Part shown: in pieces, positions 1-8,787 of the stretch
Layout of the letters: each line of letters begins with the position of its first letter
Numbering within the stretch: the stretch's first letter is position 1
Assembly (NCBI GenBank): GCA_049325335.1
Contig: JBMOMC010000001.1
Span: 256,001-320,000 of the forward strand
DNA: 64,000 nucleotides
Direction: 5' to 3'
DNA from: Nitrospirota bacterium
Lineage (GTDB): Bacteria; Nitrospirota; Nitrospiria; 2-01-FULL-66-17
Program-made: the position numbers and the translations under genes
The notes under the pieces: generated by a model
The model's input: the letters and a program-made list of their open reading frames with translations, nothing else
Databases searched by the model: none
Told to the model about the DNA's origin: nothing

Positions 1-1308
1 ATCGCCTGGCTCGCTTACTCCATGATGGGCATGCCCCTGGCCGCGGGGTTTGTGTTGGGGGCGATCATTTCCCCTCCCGACGCGGTTGCAGCCACCGCCA
101 TCACGCAGCGCCTGCGCGTTCCGCGGCGCATCATCACGATCTTGGAGGGCGAAAGCCTGGTGAACGACGCCACGGCGCTGGTGGCGTACCGGTTCGCCGT
201 GACCGCCGTCGTGACCGGAACCTTCTCGTGGACCGAAGCCGGTTGGCGGTTCCCGGCGGTGGCTGCGGGAGGCATCGCGATCGGGCTGGTCATCGGCCAC
301 GTGGTGGCGCGCATTCAACAGCGGCTCGATGACCCGCCGATTCAGGCCACGATCTCCTTGTTGACGCCGTATGCGGCCTTTGTGTCAGCCGATCACCTCG
401 GCGTCTCCGGCGTGCTGGCCGTGGTCACGGCCGGCGTGTACCTGGGCTGGCGCTCGCCAGAAATTACCACGGCGAGGATGCGCCTGGTGGTGCGCCCGGT
501 GTGGGAAACTATCGGCTTCGTGTTGAACGGCTTTGTGTTCATCCTGATCGGCCTCCAATTGCCGGACGTGCTGCACGCGGTCTCGGACTATTCGGTCCTC
601 CAACTGACCACCTACGCTCTGCTCATCAGTCTCGCGGTGATCGTGATCCGGTTACTGTGGGTCTACCCTGCGGCCTACGTGCCGCGTTGGCTGGTTCCCG
701 CTCTTCGCAAGCGCGATCCCTATCCGGCGTGGCAGCACGTCATGATCGTGGCGTGGACCGGCATGCGCGGCGTGGTCTCGCTGGCCGCGGCCCTGGCCAT
801 TCCCTTCACCCTGGCCGACGGCTCGCCGTTTCCCGGCCGGTCGTTGATCCTGTTCCTCACGTGTACGGTCATCGTCGCGACCCTGGTGGTCCAGGGCCTG
901 AGCCTCCCCGTCTTGATTCGCTGGCTCGACGTCACGGACGACGGGGCGGAGGATGGGGAAGAGCGCGAGGCCCGGCTGAAAGCCAATCAAGCCGCCTTGG
1001 CGCGGCTTAATGAGTTGGCGCAGTCCTCGTCGATCAACGCCGACGTGATCCAGCGCATGCGGGTGGAGTACGAAGACCGGATCCGCCAATTGAAGCTGAC
1101 CGGCTCGGTCGACGGCGATGCCCCGAGACCCTTATTCGCCCCCGACTATGAAACCCTGTCGCACACCCTGCTCCGGACGGAGCGCGACGTCATTCTGCAC
1201 CTGCGCAACGAGCACGTGATCAACGACGAAGTCCTACGGCGCGTGCAGCGCGACATCGACCTGGCCGAAGCCCGCTTGCACCGCCGCCCAGCCCGCGCCC
1301 CGGCCTGA
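1..1308 (+). CDS. Na+/H+ antiporter, CPA1 (NhaP/YjcE-like) family, 5'-partial
   Basis: Frame is open from base 1. Motifs GAIISPPDAVA, ILEGESLVNDATALV and WTGMRGVVSLAAALA; many TM helices; C-terminal INDEVLRRVQRDIDLAE. Confidence 0.92.
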   Translation: MAWLAYSMMGMPLAAGFVLGAIISPPDAVAATAITQRLRVPRRIITILEGESLVNDATALVAYRFAVTAVVTGTFSWTEAGWRFPAVAAGGIAIGLVIGHVVARIQQRLDDPPIQATISLLTPYAAFVSADHLGVSGVLAVVTAGVYLGWRSPEITTARMRLVVRPVWETIGFVLNGFVFILIGLQLPDVLHAVSDYSVLQLTTYALLISLAVIVIRLLWVYPAAYVPRWLVPALRKRDPYPAWQHVMIVAWTGMRGVVSLAAALAIPFTLADGSPFPGRSLILFLTCTVIVATLVVQGLSLPVLIRWLDVTDDGAEDGEEREARLKANQAALARLNELAQSSSINADVIQRMRVEYEDRIRQLKLTGSVDGDAPRPLFAPDYETLSHTLLRTERDVILHLRNEHVINDEVLRRVQRDIDLAEARLHRRPARAPA

Positions 1309-1327
1309 TCTTCCCGGCCCCACTCGA

Positions 1328-1757
1328 GGCGGTCTGGGTTTGGTCCGCACCGCAGACGGCTGGATACTGGTCTCCGAACTCCCGCACGGTCGCGAAGCGT
1401 TGCACCTAATGAGCGGATCATCGGCCAGCCCGAGTTTCTCGAGCAGGTCCTTCGGCAGCTCGACGAGGCAGAGACCGCTGCGCGCAAGCACCGGACGGTC
1501 ACGCTGGAGTCCCTGCTCACCGCGGTCTGTCGCGATCAGCAGATCACGCGCGAGGCCATCCGGGGTGGCGGACGCCTGTCAGCCATGTCGCGGACACGCG
1601 AAGGGCCCACCTATATCTCTGGGTGGAGTGCTTAGGGCGCAGCGGTCGGCAATTAGCACAATCGATCGGCGTCCGCCCAGAGTCGGTCTACCAGGCGGCT
1701 CGACGGGGCGCGCTCACGTCCACTCGGTGGCGACAGATGCTCAGTCACATCCCGTAA
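1328..1757 (+). pseudogene. Frameshifted C-terminal remnant of a Y1/RAYT-like (IS200/IS605 superfamily) transposase with DnaA-C-like HTH tail
   Basis: Three consecutive frames join into GGLGLVRTADGW..GREA / NERIIGQPEFLEQVL..VCRDQQITREAIRGGGR..SRTREG / LWVECLGRSGRQLAQSIGVRPESVYQAARRG..*. Frameshifts near 1405 and 1615; N-terminal HUH domain absent; GCAACGTCCCC follows at 1771-1781. Confidence 0.65.
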
Positions 1758-1796
1758 GGCCACGAAAGCCGCAACGTCCCCGCCTTTTGTCCGTTC

Positions 1797-1834
1797 AGAA
1801 AAACAAAAAGCCCGGGGGGTGAGTGTCCCCGGGC
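1797..1834 (-). terminator. Intrinsic terminator of cspA
   Basis: Minus strand GCCCGGGG-N9-CCCCGGGC followed by TTTTTGTTTTT, about 20 bp after the cspA stop. Confidence 0.85.
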
Positions 1835-1856
1835 CCTCGCCGTTCAGAGCGTACAG

Positions 1857-2057
1857 TTAGATCTTGGTGACCTTTTCCGCTTGCTGTCCTTTCGGACCAT
1901 TCACGATCTCAAATTCAACCTGTTGACCTTCGTCCAACGATTTGAATCCGTCGCCTTGAATGGCTGAAAAGTGCACGAACACATCGCGACCCTCTTCCGG
2001 TGTGATGAATCCGTAGCCCTTGCTGCCGTTGAACCACTTCACTGTTCCTTTTGCCAT
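1857..2057 (-). CDS. cspA: Cold-shock protein
   Basis: [18 protein letters not shown] (RNP1) and DVFVHFSAI (RNP2); GAGGTG RBS upstream of ATG 2057. Confidence 0.97.
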   Translation of the reverse strand: MAKGTVKWFNGSKGYGFITPEEGRDVFVHFSAIQGDGFKSLDEGQQVEFEIVNGPKGQQAEKVTKI

Positions 2058-2199
2058 ATGCAATCACCTCCCTTCATCGAACTCGGGAATCCTCCCGGGG
2101 TACGAAGCGAACGGAGGCGAAAAAAAACCGCAGGCGGAATTGCGTGCGCTGCGGTAGTTTTACTCACTCGACCTCTGACCACTCACAATACCTGGGCAG

Positions 2200-2229
2200 G
2201 TTGTACCACGGCGGTACGGAGAGTGTCAA
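2200..2229 (-). promoter_or_regulatory. sigma70-type promoter of cspA
   Basis: Minus strand TTGACA (2229-2224), 18-nt spacer, TG-extended TACAAC (2205-2200); implies a 5' UTR of about 135 nt. Confidence 0.65.
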
Positions 2230-2295
2230 TGTATTTCTTTGATCATTTCTTTGGTCGCTCACACCTCCCGCTCGCGCACGAGCCTCTGCGCTTTT

Positions 2296-2324
2296 GTCGA
2301 ACAACCGCGACGTTTCTGTTCGAC
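2296..2324. promoter_or_regulatory. Inverted repeat, candidate enhancer (bEBP binding site)
   Basis: GTCGAACA-N13-TGTTCGAC, 50-80 bp upstream of a -24/-12 motif. Confidence 0.45.
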
Positions 2325-2372
2325 GATTGTGTTCCTGTCCGAAAAACTCCCCACGGAATGCCCATCCCGCTA

Positions 2373-2388
2373 CGGCACGCTGCTTGCT
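2373..2388 (+). promoter_or_regulatory. sigma54 (-24/-12) promoter
   Basis: CGGCACGCTGCTTGCT closely matches the TGGCACG-N4-TTGCW consensus; ends 27 bp before ATG 2416. Confidence 0.75.
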
Positions 2389-2415
2389 TTTCCTACCTCC
2401 CAAATGGGAGTCGCT

Positions 2416-3234
2416 ATGCGGACATTCATCGAGTTCGTGGTCGCCGCTGGGTTAGCATTGATTTTTCATGTTGCGCTAAGCCTCGAACACGAGGCCTACA
2501 TCCTGTTCGGCGTCGGCGTGTTGTTGACCCTCGCCGTGCACTTGATCTTGGACCGCGTCGCGGCGGTCGAGCGCCGGGCGCTCGATGCGGTGGCGCGCGC
2601 GCACCGGATCGATTCGGTGCTCGAACGCGTCCGAGACCCCGAAGCCCTAGTCAAAAGCCGGACCGTCATGGATACCACGCACCACGTGCTGGCGCTCTTG
2701 AGCAAGGGCGCCATTCCGCTCACCGAAGGCGAGTACTACTTCGAGGCCGGACAGTGTCTGGCCCAGTGCACGCGCGAGATCCGCGCCGTGAACTCGGTGG
2801 ACGTGACGGACTGGGTCGGTAAGGTGCAAAAGCGTAAGTACTACCACGATCAAATCCGCACCCGTCACCGCGGCGTCGCCATCTCCCGCATCTTCGTGCT
2901 GCGACGCGCGGACCTGGACGACCCCACGGTGATCGAGACGATACGCCACCAGCAGCAGGACGGCATCTCCGTGCGCATCGCGCTGCACGAAGACCTGGCC
3001 TTCTCCGGACGCGAAGGCGTGGAGATGCCGACGAACTTCGTGTTGTTCGACGACAAGGTGCTGATCATCCGCACTCCGTTGCTCGGACTCTATTACGGGA
3101 AAAAGACCCGCACGTCCGACGAGATCGAACGCTCTCGGCGGACGTACGAATTGTTGGACCAATACGCGCGCCCGCCGGCAGACTTGTTGCCCCAGTCTAC
3201 GGCAACCGATGCTTCGTTGGCGAAGGCATCGTAG
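2416..3234 (+). CDS. Hypothetical membrane protein (2 N-terminal TM helices plus a soluble alpha/beta domain, DUF6879/PLD-like appearance)
   Basis: GGGAG RBS before ATG 2416; hydrophobic N-terminus; GVAISRIFVL, GISVRI and NFVLFDDKVLII segments. Confidence 0.7.
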   Translation: MRTFIEFVVAAGLALIFHVALSLEHEAYILFGVGVLLTLAVHLILDRVAAVERRALDAVARAHRIDSVLERVRDPEALVKSRTVMDTTHHVLALLSKGAIPLTEGEYYFEAGQCLAQCTREIRAVNSVDVTDWVGKVQKRKYYHDQIRTRHRGVAISRIFVLRRADLDDPTVIETIRHQQQDGISVRIALHEDLAFSGREGVEMPTNFVLFDDKVLIIRTPLLGLYYGKKTRTSDEIERSRRTYELLDQYARPPADLLPQSTATDASLAKAS

Positions 3235-3288
3235 CGTTCGTCGTTGACTCGATATCACTATTCACTTGTCACCCGAAGGAGGAACGTG

Positions 3289-4629
3289 ATGCAACACGCC
3301 GTGAGATATCTCGCCCCAACCGTCCTGGCCGCGCTCGCGGCCGTCGGGACCGGGGCGCCGCGCGCGTACGGCGCGCTCGATGCCCAGGTCGTCACCATCG
3401 GCGGCGAAGTCCGGGAACGGTACGAGTTTCGGGATAATGCCGACTTTAACTCCAATGCCGCGGATACATTGAGCTTCATCTCGTCGAGGATTCGCCTTCA
3501 CCTGAACTACGAGGTCACGCCCGACGTAGCCGCGTTCATCCAGATACAGGATGCCCGACAGTTCGGCGGCGAAGTCTCCACCGTGTCCAACGACCATTTG
3601 CTGGATCTGCACCAGGGATACATCACGATCAAGAACCTGGGGACCGCAAGCCTCACGGTCGGCCGACAGGAGATCTTTTTCGGCGAGCATCGTCTGGTCG
3701 GGCATTTCGGATGGAACAATGTCGGGCGGAGCTTTGACGGACTCCGTCTGGCCTACGTCACGGCTCCCGCGCGCGTAGACGTTTGGGCCACATCCGTGAA
3801 GGTGTACGGGACCAACACCGGGGCCAGCCCATCGTTCGCGTCGTCCAATAACGACGCCCAACAGTTTTACGGCGTCTACGGAAGCGTGAAGACGCCGGTG
3901 GCGGTCGTGGAACCCTACATTATGTATCTGCGCGATACCACCGGGGCCGCCACGCCGTCGGCCATCACCGCGCCTGCCGCCACCGGACAGCGCCGGACCA
4001 CGGCGGGCCTTCGCGTGGACGGGAAAGCGGTCAGTGAGTCCATCGACTTTACCGGCGAGGGTGCGTACCAGTTCGGGACGATGGCGGCGCGGGGCGCGAC
4101 GCCCGAGAGCGACATTTCCGCGTACGCAATCGCGCTCAAAGCGGGTTACACCGTGCCGGTTGCCATGAAACCTCGAATCGGCCTCGAATACGACCGGGCC
4201 ACGGGAGATAGCGACAGCACCGACGACAAGTTTGAGACGTTCGAGAACCTCTTTCCCACCAACCATCCCTTCTACGGATTTATGGACTACGTGGGATGGC
4301 GGAACATGCAGGACATCAGGCTGTCATTGAGCGCCAAACCGAGCCCCACCACCGGCGTCAGCCTGGATTATCACAAGTTCTCCCTCGCCGAAGACACCGA
4401 CAACTGGTACGCGGCATCGGGGGCCGTCTTTCGGACAACCCCGGGAGGCAACACTGAATCGGATCTCGGACAAGAGATCGACCTGGTGGGTTATCTGATG
4501 GTGAAAGAGAAGGTCCGGGTCGAAGCCGGGTATGGACGCTTCATGCCAGGAGACTACGTGGACGTGAACTTTCCGACCGCGAACGACGCGTCGGATTGGT
4601 TATACCTGCAGGTTGGAACCAGTTTCTAA
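3289..4629 (+). CDS. Alginate-export (AlgE-like) family outer-membrane beta-barrel porin
   Basis: AAGGAGG RBS; signal peptide; GGEVRERYE, LDLHQGY, VGRQEI..GEHRLVG..GWNNVGRSFDG, LGQEID; C-terminal Phe. Confidence 0.88.
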   Translation: MQHAVRYLAPTVLAALAAVGTGAPRAYGALDAQVVTIGGEVRERYEFRDNADFNSNAADTLSFISSRIRLHLNYEVTPDVAAFIQIQDARQFGGEVSTVSNDHLLDLHQGYITIKNLGTASLTVGRQEIFFGEHRLVGHFGWNNVGRSFDGLRLAYVTAPARVDVWATSVKVYGTNTGASPSFASSNNDAQQFYGVYGSVKTPVAVVEPYIMYLRDTTGAATPSAITAPAATGQRRTTAGLRVDGKAVSESIDFTGEGAYQFGTMAARGATPESDISAYAIALKAGYTVPVAMKPRIGLEYDRATGDSDSTDDKFETFENLFPTNHPFYGFMDYVGWRNMQDIRLSLSAKPSPTTGVSLDYHKFSLAEDTDNWYAASGAVFRTTPGGNTESDLGQEIDLVGYLMVKEKVRVEAGYGRFMPGDYVDVNFPTANDASDWLYLQVGTSF

Positions 4630-4644
4630 GGAGCCCGGAACGAC

Positions 4645-5934
4645 ATGTCGAACGCATCGGATCAATCGAATAAGGCCAAGCACAACTTCACTCGTCGCGA
4701 CGCCATCAAGACCGCGGGCGTGACCGCGCTCGGCATGCTGCTCGCCGGACTGCCCCCCTTGCGGGGCGGGTTGTTCGCGGGAACCGGCGACACGCCGGAG
4801 ACGACCAAACTCAAGATCGGCTTCATACCATTGACCGACTGCGCCTCGGTCGTGATGGCGTACGAACTGGGGCTATACAAGAAGTACGGCCTCGACGTGA
4901 CCATCTCTAAAGAAGCATCGTGGGCCGCGGTGCGCGACAAGCTGACGATCGGCGACATCCAGGCCTCCCACATCCTTTATGGGATGCCCTACGCATCGAC
5001 GCTCGGGATGGTAGGCGCCGAGGGCCAGCAAAAGGCCATGGTCATTCCGATGGCGTTGAACCAAAACGGTCAAGCCATCACCTTGGACAATAAGCTCAAG
5101 GCACGGGGCGTCAAAACGCCTCACGACATGAAGAAGGTCATCGACGCGGACAAGGGTAAGAAGACGTACACGTTCGCCATGACGTTCCCGCCCGGCACGC
5201 ACGCAATGTGGATGCGGTATTGGCTGGCGTCTGGCGGCGTGGACCCGGACAACGATATCAAGCTGATCACCATCCCGCCCCCCCAGATGGTGGCCAACAT
5301 GCGGATCGGCAACATGGACGGGTTCTGCGTGGGTGAGCCGTGGAACGCGCGCGCGATCTTCGACGGCATCGGATTCACCGCCATCACCACCCAGCAGATG
5401 TGGGTCAACCACCCGGAAAAGGTCTTGGGCATGACCCAGGAGTTCGCGGAAAAGAACCCCAAGACCGTGAAGGCCATTCTTATGGCCGTGATCGAAGCGT
5501 CGCAGTACATCGACAAGATGGAGAATCGAGCCAAGGTCGCGGAGACCATCGGGAAAAAGGACTACGTCAACGCCCCGTTCGATGTGGTGTTGGGGCGCAT
5601 GCAGGGCAAATACGTGTATGGAGACGGACGCACCGAGCAAGACGCCAACTACATGAAGTTCTACCGGGACGGCGAAGTGACATTTCCGTGGAAGTCACAT
5701 GGCCTGTGGTTTCTGACGCAGCACCGCCGGTGGGGGTTCCTGAAAGACCCGATCGACTACAAGAAGGTCGTGGACTCGGTCAACCGGACGGACCTGTACC
5801 GGGACGCGGCCAAGGCGTTGGGCATCCCGGTGCCCGCCGAGGAGTACAGGGAGGAGACGTTGTTCGACGGGATCGAGTTCGACCCCGCGGATCCGGAAGG
5901 CTATGTCAAGAAGTTCGGCATCAAGAGAGTGTGA
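4645..5934 (+). CDS. nrtA: NrtA/CmpA/CynA-family ABC substrate-binding protein (nitrate/nitrite/cyanate/bicarbonate), Tat signal
   Basis: TRRDAIK twin-arginine motif; PETTKLKIGFIPLTDCA, TFAMTFPPGTH, IPPPQMVANM..DGFCVGEPWN, HPEKVL. Confidence 0.88.
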   Translation: MSNASDQSNKAKHNFTRRDAIKTAGVTALGMLLAGLPPLRGGLFAGTGDTPETTKLKIGFIPLTDCASVVMAYELGLYKKYGLDVTISKEASWAAVRDKLTIGDIQASHILYGMPYASTLGMVGAEGQQKAMVIPMALNQNGQAITLDNKLKARGVKTPHDMKKVIDADKGKKTYTFAMTFPPGTHAMWMRYWLASGGVDPDNDIKLITIPPPQMVANMRIGNMDGFCVGEPWNARAIFDGIGFTAITTQQMWVNHPEKVLGMTQEFAEKNPKTVKAILMAVIEASQYIDKMENRAKVAETIGKKDYVNAPFDVVLGRMQGKYVYGDGRTEQDANYMKFYRDGEVTFPWKSHGLWFLTQHRRWGFLKDPIDYKKVVDSVNRTDLYRDAAKALGIPVPAEEYREETLFDGIEFDPADPEGYVKKFGIKRV

Positions 5935-5936
5935 GC

Positions 5937-6815
5937 ATGGAACGAGTCGAAACCCCACGGATGATTCCAGTCGGTGATAAGGCCACGGCGTCCGAGACGC
6001 AGCAGACCCCGCCGCCATCGCCGGCGGCCGCATTGAGACTCCGTCGTATATCGATTAGCGGACTCGTGCTGCCCTTTGCGGGGATGGCCGTGCTCGTGGC
6101 AATTTGGGCGATGGTGAGCCAACTCGCGCCATTTCTACCCAATCCGGTCCAAACCATCACCAAGAGCTGGGACTTGATCCGTCATCCGTTTTTTGACGAG
6201 GGGCCCAACAACAAGGGGATCGGGTGGCAAGTGCTCTACAGCCTGGGACGCGTCGGCCTCGGGTTCGGCCTCGCCATTCTGGTCGGCATTCCGGCCGGAC
6301 TGATTTTGGGGCTCTCAGCCATCACCCGAAAAATGTGGGACCCCGTGGTCCAGGTCCTCAAACCCGTCTCCCCGCTGGCGTGGCTGCCGTTGGGTTTGGC
6401 CACGTTTCAAGCCGCCACGCCCGCGGCGGTGTTCACCATCTTCATCACCGCGTTGTGGCCGATCCTGATCAACACCTCGGCCGGTGTCCAACAGGTGCCG
6501 CTCGCGTATCTCCAGGTCGGCCGCATTTTGCGGCTCTCGCGCCGAAAAATGGTGACGCGCATTTTGATTCCCGCCGCGCTCCCGCACATCCTGTCCGGAT
6601 TGCGCGTGAGCCTGGGCGTGGCCTGGCTCGTGATCGTGGCGTCCGAAATGCTCACCGGCGGCGGGGGCATCGGGTTTTTCGTGTGGGACGAGTGGAACAA
6701 CTTGTCGTTGGAACACATCATTCTGGCGATCGCGGTGATCGGCCTGGTCGGGTTGGGACTGGACCGATTGATGCTCGCCGCGGCCCGTCGGATCAGCTAT
6801 CAACCCTTGGGATGA
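5937..6815 (+). CDS. nrtB: Nitrate/cyanate ABC permease
   Basis: HPFFDEGPNNKGIGWQVLYSLGRV, LKPVSPLAWLP, GIGFFVWDEWNNL; start taken as ATG 5937 within the longer ORF. Confidence 0.9.
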   Translation: MERVETPRMIPVGDKATASETQQTPPPSPAAALRLRRISISGLVLPFAGMAVLVAIWAMVSQLAPFLPNPVQTITKSWDLIRHPFFDEGPNNKGIGWQVLYSLGRVGLGFGLAILVGIPAGLILGLSAITRKMWDPVVQVLKPVSPLAWLPLGLATFQAATPAAVFTIFITALWPILINTSAGVQQVPLAYLQVGRILRLSRRKMVTRILIPAALPHILSGLRVSLGVAWLVIVASEMLTGGGGIGFFVWDEWNNLSLEHIILAIAVIGLVGLGLDRLMLAAARRISYQPLG

Positions 6816-6819
6816 CATC

Positions 6820-7605
6820 ATGACCACCTTCCTTGAAATCAGCGACGTCACAAAAGCCTTCAACACCCCACAAGGACCGTTCACCGCGCTCCACGGCTGC
6901 ACGCTCTCGGTCCAGCCCGGCGAGTTCGTGTCCTTGATCGGGCACTCCGGATGCGGCAAGAGCACTCTGCTTTCGATCGTCGCCGGCCTCACGCCTGCCA
7001 CCACCGGCGGCGTCATCCTGGAAGGCAAAGAGGTGACGAGTCCCGGACCGGACCGGGGCATGGTGTTCCAGCAACACGCATTGCTGCCGTGGCTGTCCGC
7101 ACACGACAACGTGCTCTTGGCCGTGGAAGAGGTCTTCCCGGACTTGAGTCGCGCGGAACAGAAAGACCGGGTCATACACTTCCTGGAGATGGTGGGGCTC
7201 GGTCACGCGGCCACGAAATATCCGGCTGAACTCTCAGGCGGGATGTGCCAACGCGTGGGCATCGCGCGCGCCTTGGCCATGCGGCCCAAGGTGCTCCTCC
7301 TGGACGAACCGTTCGGGGCGCTGGACGCGTTAACGCGCGGTCACCTGCAGGACGAGGTGCTTCGGATCTGGCAGAAGTTCGGGCAGACCGTGCTAATGGT
7401 GACGCACGACGTGGACGAAGCGATCCTGCTCTCGGACCGAATCGCGCTGATGACCAACGGCCCCGCCGCGACCATCGGGGAGGTTCTGCCGGTCAACCTC
7501 CCTCGCCCGCGCGACCGTCGTACGCTCTCGGGCATGCCGGAGTACCACGAGATGAAAGTCCGCGTGCTGGAGTTTCTTTACGAACGCTACAAGGCCGCAT
7601 CGTAA
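6820..7605 (+). CDS. nrtD: Nitrate/cyanate ABC ATP-binding subunit
   Basis: GHSGCGKST, PGPDRGMVFQ, LSGGMCQRV, LLLDEPFGALD, MTNGPAATIGE. Confidence 0.9.
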   Translation: MTTFLEISDVTKAFNTPQGPFTALHGCTLSVQPGEFVSLIGHSGCGKSTLLSIVAGLTPATTGGVILEGKEVTSPGPDRGMVFQQHALLPWLSAHDNVLLAVEEVFPDLSRAEQKDRVIHFLEMVGLGHAATKYPAELSGGMCQRVGIARALAMRPKVLLLDEPFGALDALTRGHLQDEVLRIWQKFGQTVLMVTHDVDEAILLSDRIALMTNGPAATIGEVLPVNLPRPRDRRTLSGMPEYHEMKVRVLEFLYERYKAAS

Positions 7606-7679
7606 GCAACACGTCAAACGATCGCGGAGCGCTCACGAGTAAAACCCTCGGGGCCCAACACATCGTCGTTCTCCAATAA

Positions 7680-7709
7680 CGACTGGGCCGCCTGACGGCG
7701 GCCCAGTCG
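7680..7709. terminator. Strong hairpin between convergent nrt and pst operons
   Basis: CGACTGGGCCGCC-TGAC-GGCGGCCCAGTCG, a 13-bp perfect stem with no clear U-tract. Confidence 0.6.
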
Positions 7710-7738
7710 CCTCACCCGCTGGGGCCTTGACCGAACCG

Positions 7739-8755
7739 TTACCGTTTTTCCGCGGTCAGAAGTCCTTCGAGGGTCACCCCCACCTGCGAGCCCTTGCCCC
7801 CGAACACCGAGCCCACCGTGCGGGTCTTCGCCCGCTTTTGCGCCAACTCATAGACCGCATCGGGCAACGGGATGTACCCGACTTCCTGGACCAACGGTCG
7901 CCCGGCGGTCAAATAGAATTTCACGAACTCCGCGATCTCCGGGCGGTCCAAGGCTTTCGTGTTCACGTAGATGAAGATCGGTCGCGACAAGGGCTGATAC
8001 GTCGCGTTCTTCACGTTGTCGAACTCCGGCAGGATCGGCCCGTCCCCGTTCTTCGGGTTCTCATCATCGATGGCCACCAACTTCAGGCGCTCCTTGTTAT
8101 GCTCGTAGTAGGCCACGCCGAAGAAGCCCAGCGCCAGCGGGTCGTTGGCAATGCCCTGTACCAACACGTTGTCGTCTTCGCTCGCGGTAAAGTCCCCGCG
8201 GCTCGAGTGCTCTTTGCCCACGATAGCTTCGGTGAAGTAGTCGTACGTGCCTGAATCCACTCCGGCGCCGAACAGGTGGATTTCCTTATCCGGCCACCCG
8301 GTGCGAATCTGACTCCAGCGCGTGATCTTGCCTTGGGCCGCCGGTTCCCAGAGCTTCTTGAGTTCTTTGACCGTCATGCTGCTCGCCCAATCATTCTTGG
8401 GGTTGACCATTACGGCCAACCCGTCGAACGCCACCGGCAGCTCGATGTACGCGATCTTGTTGTCCAGGCACAGTTCCACTTCCGAGAGTTTGATCGGCCG
8501 CGAGGCGTCCGAGAGGTCGGTCTCCCCGTTGCAAAACTTCTTAAACCCCCCGCCGGTGCCAGAGATGCCCACGGTCACCCGCACCTTCGGATTCTTCTTC
8601 CCGAATTCTTCGGCCACGGCCTCGGAGATCGGGTACACCGTGCTCGAACCGTCGATTTTGATCAGAGTGGCCGCGTAGGTGTCGTGCGGCGCGGTGAGTA
8701 CCGTGGCGCCTAGAAGCGCCGCCAGGCTTACTGTCCAGTACTTCCGTGGTGTCAT
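7739..8755 (-). CDS. pstS: Phosphate ABC substrate-binding protein (distal copy)
   Basis: [62 protein letters not shown]. Confidence 0.93.
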   Translation of the reverse strand: MTPRKYWTVSLAALLGATVLTAPHDTYAATLIKIDGSSTVYPISEAVAEEFGKKNPKVRVTVGISGTGGGFKKFCNGETDLSDASRPIKLSEVELCLDNKIAYIELPVAFDGLAVMVNPKNDWASSMTVKELKKLWEPAAQGKITRWSQIRTGWPDKEIHLFGAGVDSGTYDYFTEAIVGKEHSSRGDFTASEDDNVLVQGIANDPLALGFFGVAYYEHNKERLKLVAIDDENPKNGDGPILPEFDNVKNATYQPLSRPIFIYVNTKALDRPEIAEFVKFYLTAGRPLVQEVGYIPLPDAVYELAQKRAKTRTVGSVFGGKGSQVGVTLEGLLTAEKR

Positions 8756-8787
8756 GTGTGTCTCCTCGTTGTCGTGTGTCAGGCGCG

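Noticed and set aside
1340..1822. 160-aa ORF as an intact gene
   Set aside because: Only the first ~22 codons fit the transposase remnant; the rest is out of frame.
5340..5936. N-terminal extensions in the ORF track (nrtB; also ccmA 26062, 27869, VOC 39622, bEBP 44794, mlaF 57626, frr 61831)
   Set aside because: They overlap neighbouring genes in other frames; better starts with an RBS, -10 box or stop-start overlap lie downstream.
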